Shown here: positions 38,601 through 49,695 of the stretch, piece by piece
Layout: the number at the start of each line of letters is the position of its first letter
Position numbering within the stretch: position 1 is the stretch's first letter
Source of the DNA: Mayamaea pseudoterrestris
Taxonomy: Eukaryota
DNA: 64,000 bases
Direction of reading: 5' to 3'
Assembly (NCBI GenBank): GCA_027923505.1
Contig: BROI01000022.1
Coordinates: forward strand, 496,001 to 560,000
Made by a program: the position numbers and the translations under genes
The notes under the pieces: generated by a model
The model's input: only the letters and a program-made list of their open reading frames with translations
Database searches by the model: none
Told to the model about the DNA's origin: nothing

Positions 38601-39774
38601 TTGGGGGGAGGATCTCGTGGTAGAAAGTGATCGTCACCGTCGGCGTCTTCATACTCAAAGCCTACACCGCAAAGATGCAGGAGAGTCGAAGTCTTTCCTG
38701 AACCCGTGTTTCCAAGCAAAAGCAAGATGTCTCGCCCTTCGATTTCGTCCGCGGCAACCTTGTTCTTTTCCAACAAGATGCAAAGCTTTGTAAGGTCCAC
38801 CACGTCCTTTTGTGCAGCATGGCTTTTGCCTCTGCTATCGCTGTAATTGATCTCGTCAGATATGGCAGAGCCGTCAAAATCCAAAGCGCCGCCTGATTGT
38901 TCTACCTCCATTGCAACAGTCACTGACTCTTCTCCATTGCGTTCCGAAGTTCCCGCCGCTTCCCAATCCATCTCACTTGAAACTGTATGTTGCTTGTCAG
39001 GCGAACCATCAGCGAGAACAGTGACTTGCGGAACCATTTCTCCGCATGGCGAAAGTTTCGCACGACAGTAGTCTTCTTTGACGTCCATGCCGTCGTATTT
39101 AGCAGGCTTGCCGATCTGTCGGTGAATCAAAGAACTTTCCACCTGGTGGCCCGCTTCAGCGAAAGCACGCTTCGCCGTGACATCGTTTGTAAATTGCTTG
39201 GTCACCATAGCCGCATTCCAGTGTCCTTCCAAAGTAATTTTCTCGCCATCAAACGGGCTCGCAATTGCAGCACCACTATCGCTCGGCCCATCTGCATGTT
39301 TACTGTTTGGCGCAGCTCCATCGCCGACTCCATGTACAAACGGAGATTCTTTATAGCAGTATTGACTGTGATAGTTTCCTTCCTGTTTAGGGGATTCTCG
39401 TCATCGATCGCACCTCCCGAATCGGTGTGATCTCCGGATGTTGCTACCGGTAAGCCAGATTCCTTGCCCGCAGCCAACGCGCCAGGAAGGAGCACCTCGC
39501 CCACCAAATTCGCACCGCCATCCGTCGCATCACCCAGCTTGACTGTACCCGCAAACTTGACACCAACTGCCAAATCATCAGAAATTTTGGTGTCTTCCAA
39601 CGACGAGATCGCTCCATTATTCGCCGAGCTTACTTGAACTCCCAGCAAACCTTCCTCCATGCTTGAGGATGCATCGCCAGCAGCATCCATCATATCAACA
39701 TCCTCCGCATCCGACGAGATCACGACTGGCTCGTCGTAGGAGCTCCAGCTCTTGTCGTCTTCAATCTCAACCAT
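32688..39774 (-). CDS. Giant (~2,300 aa) GTPase + SecA-like SF2 ATPase + degenerate J-domain protein; exons 39774-34286 (frameshift near 39390), 34202-33890 and 33817-32688
   Basis: GTPase G1 LLLGNTGSGKT, G3 DVPG and G4-like FTK. SecA-like PHPAQVVAIL, ELKTGEGKS, LSDRD, LVDEVD, GVTGT, FGRGTDF, GGVHVI and ETQIKGRCARQG. C-terminal J-like YFELLDV..YRKLANLFDPDKN..F..LENARDVL. Both introns restore the frame. Confidence 0.85.
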
Positions 39775-40328
39775 GTTGGAACTGCTAAATACGAATAATG
39801 CATGAGCGTGTGAGCTGAACCTTACCACGACGATAACTCAAGCCTCAAGCTCTGCGAATTGATTTCGAAAAACACAACCACCGGTCGAAAACTTACCTTT
39901 GATTGCTCTTGCTACTTTTTTCTTTATTATTACTATATCACTTGCTGCCTATACAAATAAAAAGCTCCTACGTCCTTCTACTTGTGTGCGTGGTCGCAGC
40001 CGTGGACGCAGCGCAACGTTTACGGCAAAACCGGTGCGTGCTTCACTTGAAAACCTGCACAATGGTGCTTTGCAGGGCTAATAGTCGGCCAAGTAGAGCT
40101 TCGCAAAAGATGGGAAAGCTAGTAATACACAGAGTCTCGCACTCTCGACAGTCTCTCATGGATCTCACTTTGACGGCAGCGTGTGGCGCACTTCATAAAG
40201 ATCTTCATTTTAGAACCGCTGTGATACTGGTGGATGTCACAACTGAAACGTCGTACTGGTTTTGCGTGATGACGCATCCTTGCAGACCGCAAAACGACGA
40301 AAGCAGCGCGCGGCTGAGGAATTCAACC

Positions 40329-41393
40329 ATGGCTAGCCAGCTGAGAGCAGCGGTACGTCTGTGTTCTTTTCTGTAATGTAACGTGATGAACTAAATGTAT
40401 AAGAAGCAATTCGCGTGATTTACTAAAAAGTTGGTTGAAAAGTAATAAGTGGATCCTCCATCGTCGGTCGGCGCATGGTCGATTGCTTGATTCTCTGGGA
40501 TTCCAGATTCCGTTTCGTGGTTGGCACGCGGAAGGCGCAACTTCGTCGCGGCACGGAATCTTCCTCTCCTCATCCTCTGTCATTCTTCTTTCCAGTTTCA
40601 ATCTAATCGCCATTTTATGGCAGGAGCACTAGTGGCAGCAGCATCCGTCCCAGCTGTCACACTGCTCAGCGACGACATTGTTCATCCGCCGGCTTTTCCT
40701 TGGAGACACCGCGGATATTTTAGTTCGTACGACCACGCCGCCCTTCGTCGAGGCTTTCAAGTCTACCGAGAGGTTTGCGCGTCATGTCACTCTCTCGAGC
40801 GCATTCGCTGGCGTGAACTAGTGGGAGTGACACACACCAAGGATGAAGTGACAAACTTGTGCAAGGAAGTTGATGTTTTGGATGGACCAAACGATGAGGG
40901 CGAAATGTTTGAACGACCGGCCAAGCTTTTCGACAAACTGCCCAAGCCATATCCCAATGACGAGGCTGGAGCAGCGGCAAACGGTGGTGCGCTGCCTCCG
41001 GATCTTTCCTTGATGGTCAAGGCTCGGCATGAGGGACACGACTACATCATGTCCTTGTTGACTGGTTACATGGAACCGCCTGCCGGCAAGGTCATGATGG
41101 AAGGTCTCTACTACAATCCATACTTTCCTGGAGGTGGAATTGCCATGCCTCCTCCATTGCAGGATGAAGGTGTGGAGTATGAGGATGGAACTGTTGCGAC
41201 GGTGGCCCAGCAGGCTCGCGACATTGCTCAATTCTTGAACTGGACGGCGGAACCGGAAATGGAGGAGCGAAAGAAGAATGCTGGCTTGAACATGCTTGTG
41301 CTAATGTTCCTGGTCATTGGATCTGGCTACATGAAGCGTCTAAAGTGGTCGCCGCACAAGACGCGAAAGATTGCCTATGTCAAGGGCATGTAG
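40329..41393 (+). CDS. CYC1: Mitochondrial cytochrome c1; exons 40329-40352 and 40596-41393
   Basis: RRGFQVYREVCASCHS heme motif, PPDLSL, YYNPYFPGGGIAMPPPL and a C-terminal TM anchor. Confidence 0.97.
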
Positions 41394-41512
41394 TACCGGT
41401 AGATGTAGATATGAATTAGCGAGTAATGATACATCATCTTAGACACATATTGCCTTTGCAAGCTTCCTACTAGTACATACAATTTTATGCAGGATCTAGT
41501 GAAAGTTTACAG

Positions 41513-41851
41513 TTATTGCGTTGACTCTGACTCATTGTGATTTTGTCGCTGTGCCTGAATTTTTTCCAGTTCACGCTGATAATCCTTGTCCTTCTCCAAA
41601 TACTCTGCAAATGTTTCCTGCTTTTCAAATGCAGTCTTGATAATGTCTTCCTGTCGAGCTCGTCGTGCCGGGAAGTCCTTGTCCATTTCGCCCAAGAGTC
41701 GCTTCTTTTCCTCCTTGAGGCAACCGTCAAGTCGGACTTTGATATCATTGCAGCCACCCAAGTATTTCAGTCGCCAGTCAGCATGACATTTTCTAAGCTC
41801 TTGGATGACTTGGTCGCAGTCGGGATGAGGTCGGTCGAGTGGAGGATGCAT
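41513..41851 (-). CDS. CMC2: Twin CX9C cytochrome c oxidase biogenesis protein, CMC2-like
   Basis: MHPPLDRPHPDC-x9-CH..KYLGGCND..LDGCLKEE. Confidence 0.85.
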   Translation of the reverse strand: MHPPLDRPHPDCDQVIQELRKCHADWRLKYLGGCNDIKVRLDGCLKEEKKRLLGEMDKDFPARRARQEDIIKTAFEKQETFAEYLEKDKDYQRELEKIQAQRQNHNESESTQ

Positions 41852-42037
41852 AATGTAGAAGGTTGTGGTGGCGCGGTGAATTTTGTGGCGAGCGAGAGGA
41901 CGAAGAGATGGACGACTTGATAGCCACTGCGACATGACAAATGCCTCGCGTCGCACAATCCAAGTTGCCGACGTACCGTACATCTCGCCTCGTCTTGATC
42001 CTGTGACTTGCACCTTTTCACTGCATTCATCGCCATC

Positions 42038-42874
42038 ATGACAAGCATTATACAAAACTTTCGATATGCACTCAAGTATCGGGGAGGATGGCGAGGACTT
42101 TTGGAGCACATGTACACGGTGAGTCAACATTGGAAAAAGACGCTGACGAGAGTTGCATGATGCAGCAAACATCAGCCTAAATTCAACCAAACTGATTACC
42201 TTGATGCTCTCTTTCAGAATGGCGACTACCCCTTTAAATTTGGAACCTACATGGGAAGCGATGCTGCCGGCAATTGCTACTATGAAAACATTGTTGATTA
42301 TCAGCTCGGCCAGCATCGCTGGGTGGAGCCTGGCGACGCAGACAATTTCGACTCGTCGCAGGTTCCGCCTGAGTGGCAGGGATGGTTAACCTGCATGAAC
42401 GATGCGACTCCTGCCATGGAGGAAAATTACATTGATGAGAAGATGAAGAATTTAAAGGTTGGAGAAGTCTCGCATGCGCCGTACCGCAACATTGTTGGTC
42501 ATCAGGAGCCCTACTTCAATTTTCATCACATGCACAATCAGTCGCAGATTCGCTCGCGCGGCTACAATATTGGAAACCATGTGGTTGGCTTGCCACCGGG
42601 TGCGCCGGATGCCTACTACACGCAGCCAGGGTCACCTTATAATGAAGCCTTTTTGCGCAAGCGTCAAATGATTGGAAGTCTTGATCAAGATGGTGGGCGA
42701 GCTTACAAGAGCAAAATGTGGAAGGAACGCTTAAAGACGGTGGCTGAAAAGGAGGCGGAGAAGAAGGCGGAACGAGAAACATGGACCAAGCCGTATGAGA
42801 CTGCCAAAACAATCGAAAGGCTTTCGGCGCGAGAGCAAGCAATTTTGGCGCGTGGTGGTTCACTCGCCAAGTAA
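42038..42874 (+). CDS. NDUFA12: NADH:ubiquinone oxidoreductase subunit NDUFA12/B17.2; exons 42038-42118 and 42218-42874
   Basis: GTYMGSDAAGNCYYEN..RWV..DSSQVPPEWQGWL, with a phase-0 GT-AG intron. Confidence 0.92.
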
Positions 42875-43034
42875 ATTGGTCAATATGATTTGTCAACAAC
42901 ACACGGACGACAATTATACTTTAGATAGCAACTACACATGTGTCTAAATTTGATCATTTTTCTAATGCTTACTCGTAAGGCATCTCCTTCGTATTCCGGA
43001 AGCATGATTGAGCCGCACTGCTTGCGCTTACATG

Positions 43035-44324
43035 TCAGATTGTACAGTGGCTCATGGACAATTGTCGTTCGTTCGCTCCTCCGACAATCGCAGTGACTCT
43101 TGCCTCGAGCTTGCAGAGGCTTTTGGTAATATCAACAAAGTCGGGCATGTTGGGATCCGGCTTGGTAAGATGTTGCGACTTGTGTAACAACTTCTGCAGC
43201 ATGTTACTCTGAGATGACGACTCATCTTGGCTACCCACTGTCTCAACAGGTCCGGCTTGACGATCTACTCCGCAAAGTTTGGCAAGCGCATCATGCAGCA
43301 TATGTCCTGCTACAAGATACTTGCGCAGACAACGATCGCGTCCGGTCGCAACATCGAGGTAGGCATCGCCAAGGAGCATGTGCGTCTCGGCGACCAAACA
43401 GAGTAATGGCTCTCGGCAATCCTTTTACGCACAAATCGTCAATGCATCCGTCAAGACTTTGATTGCCTCGTCGTGATTGCCCCTGACACGCAGCGTATAC
43501 GCGGCATGGTGATACATGCCAAACAGTCGCTTTCGAAGCAAGATTTCCTGCGAACGAGAAAGGTCCGACCGCTCCAGCATGCCAGACACAATGATGCGGG
43601 CACATATCAAATAATCGTAAGCGATGGCCATGTCATACAGGACGCCGCCGTTGTTTGTGATCCCACTGTTCGTTTACACAGCAAGGACCAGTGCCGTTCC
43701 ATATAGGTCGTAGAGCGGGGCCAATGACTCGTGATCTCCGCTAGGTTGCTGTTCGAGCTTGTGGATAATGGCGTTTTTAGTTTTGCTTTTTGCTTCTTCG
43801 AAATCACCTGAGTTGATCAGGTTCAATATATCCTTGTAATCAGCAGAATCGAAGACATCAAAGTACGTTGCAAGTGGCGTCACCGAGGACAACGACGAGG
43901 GCGGTAAGACCGTGCCAGGTGCATCCTCATTAGCTTGAACCTTTTCCGCATTCGTGACTTTCAACTTTTTCAACCTTAACGTAGAAACAGCGTCCAAGTC
44001 CGCTTCATTCGACGTCGCCTTCGCCAACTCCAACGACGACATAGTGTGCTTTCGAGAGATGGGCACTGTTGAGGCCTCAGCCCCATCCTTTGACACAAAG
44101 GGTCCAGTACCAGCTCGTTCATCCAAATTAATACCGGCTCCACTCCTCGAATCCTCCATACCATCCGACATCGACGCAACTCCAGCTTCAGCTTCGATTT
44201 CGTTTACGACCAAGGCTGACAACGAAACAATCAACTCCTCCTCCTCCTCCGACTTGCCTCCTCCTTCATTCAAAACAGAGTCGGCTTCCGAGCTCCCGCT
44301 TTCGTTGCCCTTGGTCTCAGCCAT
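43035..44324 (-). pseudogene. NASP/Sim3-like (SHNi-)TPR protein with two in-frame TAA stops (43674-43676 and 43425-43427)
   Basis: ORFs 43674..44387, 43425..43631 and 43035..43397 share one frame. Motifs HESLAPLYDLYGTAL, DMAIAYDYLICARII and VAETHMLLGDAY. Confidence 0.65.
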
Positions 44325-44899
44325 GATGGTGCTGAATGGGGAAGCCCAGAAAGCACAGCGTGAGAATGAAGCTGCATAACGCGCCACTTAAAAAATACTA
44401 GACGGTGACCATCAACCTCGCTGCTCGATTTAGAGTGCATGACCTTTAAGCATACCTCGTCATGATATTTTCTTGCTGCTGCTTGCTGCTTGCTGTATCA
44501 ATCACGCGTTATCGCCACTACAATAATGCTCGTCTCTCCTTTGTCACTCGTGAAGAGCTGTAACGTTCCGTTGCCGACGAACCGACGAAACTCCGCCGTT
44601 TCGTCGCAGCGACCGGTAGTGCTCCGGCGAAACCGGTGCGAGGTTCGGCAACAAATGATTTGTATGCTAGAATGTGAACTCGGTTAACAGTAAAACAGAT
44701 GATCTTTTCTATGAAATTTGATGCGAAAACAACTTGATCATCATCAAGCATCATGGCGGTCAGCCGGACGCCGTCGAATTTGAATCCAAAACCAGTGCGA
44801 CTACCTCGTCACATAACCGCTGCGCCATCATGACGTTTCAGGCTCGAGTGTCACGTTTTCGCACCACACATCAACTTTCATTCCAATCTATCATCCACC

Positions 44900-47495
44900 A
44901 TGGCGATCCTGCGTCTATTGACAACACTATCGCTTCTATCGAGCAGCCATGCCTTTTATGTCGATACAATAACCCAAAGACATGCTTTGAAGTATGTCAA
45001 GAAAGCTAACGACAGCATCCACGCCTTTCGAATCAATAATATAGCAACTCGACAATTCACCTCCACTATACTCTTTGGCAAAAAGGCTGCCCGCAAGGGC
45101 AGCGGCGGCGGAAAGTCGTCCTACAGTAGCAGCAAACAAGTGCCACAAGAAAAGCAATCGGTCAAGGATCAGCGCTTTGACGCGGCGACGCGACAGTTCA
45201 TGTTCACCATGCTTGGCTTGACCAAGATTTTGCCCGACAAGTCCAAGACGCTGCTCAAAGACATTAATCTGTCGTTCTATCCCGGTGCCAAGATTGGAGT
45301 CGTTGGCTTGAATGGATCAGGTGCGTGATGGAACTGTGGTGCGAAGAGACCTATTTGCTGTTCAGCGTTTAAAACTCACCATAATCTCGCCTCACATACA
45401 GGCAAGAGTACATTGTTGAAAATCATGGCTGGCATTGACACGGAATTCGACGGCACGGCCCGTCCACTACCGGGCGCCAGCATTGGCTACTTGGCGCAGG
45501 AACCAGTCTTGGAGTTTGAAACGGTGCAGGAGTGCGTCGACCAAGCGGTGCAGTCGCAGCAAGCAATATTGGACGAATTCAACTCACTCAGCATGAAACT
45601 GGCTGATCCAAACTTGACGACGGACGAAACGAACAAGATTATGAGTCAAACGGATCTATTGACGAACCAGATTGAGGCTGGCAATCTGTGGGATCTGGAT
45701 CGGGTGGTGGAGCGCGCCATGGACGCGCTCCGCGTGCCGGCCGGTTCGGCCAAGGTTGCCAATCTTTCCGGAGGCGAGCGTCGACGAGTAGCGCTCTGTC
45801 GACTACTGCTGCAGAATCATGACATGCTACTACTTGATGAACCAACGAACCATTTGGATTTTACGTATCTATTGTTGTGATTGGTTGTGTTGTTGGAGTG
45901 TTGTGCAAATGTTGAGAGGAGTGCCGAGCGATCTTGCGTGGCGTATTGTTTGATCGTCGTTCGTTGATTCGTCACAACATTATGCGTGACGTGTACATGA
46001 TTTCCTACTCATGCCTTTCATTGTCTTCTTAATTACAGGGTACGATATTACAAATCCGTCTTCTTTTCATAAAAGCCATGATAGCCCTTGTCTCACTAAT
46101 CTTTCTTTCTCTGCCGCAGCGAGTCCATTGCATGGCTGCAAATCTTTTTACAGAACTTCAAGGGCACTGTTGTTTGCATTACTCACGACCGTTACTTTTT
46201 GGAGGAGGTGGCTCAATGGATATTGGAGCTGGATCGAGGAGCTGGTATTCCGTTCGAAGGCAACTACTCGGCGTGGCTGGAGGCAAAGAATAAGCGTCTA
46301 CAGGAGGAAAAGAAGAAGGAGACTGCGGCTTCAAAAGCCGTTCAAGCTGAGCTGGAGTGGATCCGGAGCAACCCCAAGGCGAGGGGTAACAAGAGCAAGG
46401 CTCGTTTGAATCGCTACGATGACTTGTTGGCGGCGGCTGCACCAAATGAAATGCGAAATGCTGGACAAATATACATTCCGCCAGGCCCAAGATTGGGGAG
46501 TGTCGTCATTGAGGTGGGGAATCTGCGCAAGTCGTTTGGCGAGCGCCTGTTGATTGACGACCTCAGCTTTAGCTTGCCACCCGCTGGCATTGTAGGAGTG
46601 ATTGGCCCGAACGGCGCGTAAGTTGACATGACGAAGGTTTCAGTAGCTGCGCAACAACTGTTTGTTCCCCGTTTTGACTCATTATTTTTTGATGGTGTTG
46701 ATACATTGCAGTGGTAAATCGACGTTGATCAAGATGCTACTCGGCCAAGAGCAACCAGATGAAGGCAAGGTTACGATTGGAGAGACTGTTCGCCTCGTGT
46801 CCGTCGGGCAGGAGCGCATGGAAAGTCTCAACCCGGAAAAGACTGTGTTTGAGGAGATTTCAGACAATCTAGATGAGATTGAACTTGGCACGCAGACTGT
46901 CATGTCTCGAGCATACCTTTCATGGTTTGGTTTCAAGGGCGGCTCGCAGCAATCGCTCGTTGGCAACCTGTCTGGTGGAGAGCGTAATCGAGTACAGCTC
47001 GCCAAGGTTCTCAAGGCTGGTGGCAACGTCATAGTACTAGATGAGCCCAGCAACGACCTAGATGTACGTATATCAAATGCGTTTGAATGGTGATAAGTTT
47101 GTTGAGCTGTAGTGTTTGTGGAAGCTGCTTCATTATGTCATTTAACACCCCTTTCGTTATATTCCACAGGGTACGTTATCTATCTCTGCTAAAAAGGCTA
47201 TATTATAACAGTTACTAAAGTGTCGACTCACACTTTCTTCTTATCGCTCCTTACCACAGTCGAAGTACTGCGCAGTTTGGAGGAGGGCTTGCTGAACTTT
47301 GCCGGATGCGCCTTTGTGGTATCACACGACCGCTTCATGCTGGATCGCATTGCCACACACATTTTGGCGTGCGAAGGAGACAGCAAGTGGTTTTGGTTTC
47401 CCGGCAACTATGCCGAGTACGAGCAGAATCGTTTGGAGCGATTGGGCGAAACAAGCATCAAGAGAATTACGTACGCGCCATTGATAAATGTTTAG
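44900..47495 (+). CDS. ettA: Plastid-targeted ABC-F translation factor EttA/ChvD; exons 44900-45320, 45402-~45860, [46039], 46120-46617, 46712-47063, [47170] and 47260-47495
   Basis: [70 protein letters not shown] and [13 protein letters not shown]. Presequence [19 protein letters not shown]. Confidence 0.95.
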
Positions 47496-47950
47496 GATCT
47501 TTTAAGTAGTTATTATTATTGTTTAACTGTAAGCTTCATTTGCAGCCTTCATGTCGTTCGATTGATGCGCTCGCGCTTGCACCATCAAGGCTTTCCCGAG
47601 CAAGGTAGGCGTGACTCGCATGAAAAGGCCACATGTAGCCGTGAAGCCATGCTTTTGATAAAGTATCCAGTAGGCAAGCGAACACACGACCGGTATTGTT
47701 TGCGTGCATTTGTATTTCAAAGCTTACTCTTTAGCTCGAATGCGAACGTTCTTTTCGCCGCCGTTCACACCAATGAAAACTCTCATTTGACGTCTGGTCA
47801 GACACTTTTCGGTTCTTGTCCTCGTCCCTCGATCGAACACGACACACAAAAATTGTGTCCCAAGTTTTAGCTGTCAACTACCGCACCACATAAATACCAT
47901 AATCACTACACAGATGAAGCTCTTTCCAACACTTTCGCTGATATGCCGCC

Positions 47951-48373
47951 ATGTACAGCGACTTTGCCACCAGTGTGGGAGGCTATTCGGAAGCCCCACT
48001 CAACGACCGCAACCACCCTCGACTGCAGCAGGCGGCCGAGTTTGCCGTGACGGAGGCCATTGCCACGCAACAATACTCGTTCATGACGAGTCTGAGTAGT
48101 AGTAGCAGTGGCGGCAGCAATGGCGTTGCTGTTCCGTTTGTCATTTGCAAGGCGTTTCAGCAAGTTGTCGCCGGCATGAATTTGCGCATGGTCATTATGA
48201 TTCAGGACGACAACAAGAACTGTCTGGGGGCGTTTGCGACGACTGTCTACGATCGATTCGGAGACTTGAGCGTCACTGACTGGAGCCCTGAGCCTGTGTC
48301 GTGCGAGATTGCGCAGCAAATGCTGGCGGGCGAGTATGTAGGGTCTGGAGCGTTGGAGTCATTCTTCAATTAA
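47951..48373 (+). CDS. Cystatin-domain protein (5' end uncertain)
   Basis: VGGYS..AAEFAV and the QVVAG cystatin motif. Confidence 0.8.
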   Translation: MYSDFATSVGGYSEAPLNDRNHPRLQQAAEFAVTEAIATQQYSFMTSLSSSSSGGSNGVAVPFVICKAFQQVVAGMNLRMVIMIQDDNKNCLGAFATTVYDRFGDLSVTDWSPEPVSCEIAQQMLAGEYVGSGALESFFN

Positions 48374-48465
48374 CTTGCGTATTTTTTATAGTATTCATGT
48401 TTATATAATTTTTAATCTATTCCTTCCCATATGTATATCTTTATGTATCAGTCTTTGATATTCAA

Positions 48466-49695
48466 TCAATGCTCATCGCTCGTCATTTCGTCAATCACCG
48501 ACCCCAGCACGGATAGAATATCCGGAGCCGTCATGGCGCGCCGCTTTTCCTCAAACGCACGCTTGGTCGCTCGCTTGACGAAGCAGCAAGCCGTCCATGC
48601 GACCAAAACATCGTGGTTTTCGCGGCACGTCGTTCCTTCTTGTTGCTCGTCCATGAGGGCTTGCCATGCCAGCAACGTACCGGTGCAGCCACTCAGTATA
48701 TCGCCAATGCCGCCGGATCGCTTCAACCCTCCTGGTTCGTGACATTCCATGCAAGTTGTGCCCTTGCGAATCGTGTCGACGCCGCCCTTTTGCAAAATCA
48801 CCAAGTCGCGCGCCCACGAGAGTGCTTCGCTGGTAAAGTCTGGATTCTCGCCAAACAGTCGCTGGTGCTCCATGACGTTTGGCGTCAAAATGATGCGTCG
48901 CCGTTTCTTCAAGCCACCATCTTTTGACTCTTGCATTCCGTTTGTTGCTGCTTCATCTTTGCCAAAGATTGCTTCGGCATTGTCGTTTATTGAAAGCATG
49001 TAGAGTGCATCCGCGTCCAGCACCATGGCCACTGAATATTGCAACTCCATGACGATGCGCTTGATTGCCTCCAGCACCATTTCGTCGCGACCCAGTCCTG
49101 GTCCAATCACGAGGGCGTGCAGTCTTCGCTGGTGACACAAGTCGACGACGGTAGTCACCATGTCTTGTGTTAGTTGCTCCATGTCGTTGCTCCATTGATT
49201 ATTGTTTTCACGTTTGTTTCTTTGCGCCGCTGCAAATTCCTTGGCGCAGTACACACTCGACACCATGAACTCCGGACTATACGTCTTGACGACAAACGTC
49301 GCTTCCTGCGCCGTCCAAACATATGATAAATCGCAACCCGTTTGCAGACACGCCGTGGCGGCGTAGTAAGGCGCACCAGTGTAGTCGACGCTGCCGCCCA
49401 AGACGGCCACGCGGCCGCCACTGGTGCCCTTGTGTGAATGGGGTGATAGTGGAAGAATCACGTGGGGTTGAATGCTTGCTTTGGACTCGATGGTCCATGT
49501 TTGGAACGAATGTTGCTGCATGTTCTTGGCGTTGTCGCTGTTGGAGTTTGGTTGGCTCATGGTCGATGAAAATGCGGCCACTGGTTTTGCAAACAATGAG
49601 AGAATGGAGTATACCAAAGTTGCTGGATGAATATTGTATAGCGGAACGCTTGCCAGGAACAAACTGCCACGGAACGATCGTCGCATCATCGTCAT
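48466..49695 (-). CDS. NAXD: ATP-dependent NAD(P)HX dehydratase (YjeF C-terminal/CARKD)
   Basis: HKG..GRVAVLGGSVDYTGAPY, VIGPGLGR, VLDADAL, ILTPNVME and GGLKRSGGIGDILSG. Confidence 0.93.
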   Translation of the reverse strand: MTMMRRSFRGSLFLASVPLYNIHPATLVYSILSLFAKPVAAFSSTMSQPNSNSDNAKNMQQHSFQTWTIESKASIQPHVILPLSPHSHKGTSGGRVAVLGGSVDYTGAPYYAATACLQTGCDLSYVWTAQEATFVVKTYSPEFMVSSVYCAKEFAAAQRNKRENNNQWSNDMEQLTQDMVTTVVDLCHQRRLHALVIGPGLGRDEMVLEAIKRIVMELQYSVAMVLDADALYMLSINDNAEAIFGKDEAATNGMQESKDGGLKKRRRIILTPNVMEHQRLFGENPDFTSEALSWARDLVILQKGGVDTIRKGTTCMECHEPGGLKRSGGIGDILSGCTGTLLAWQALMDEQQEGTTCRENHDVLVAWTACCFVKRATKRAFEEKRRAMTAPDILSVLGSVIDEMTSDEH

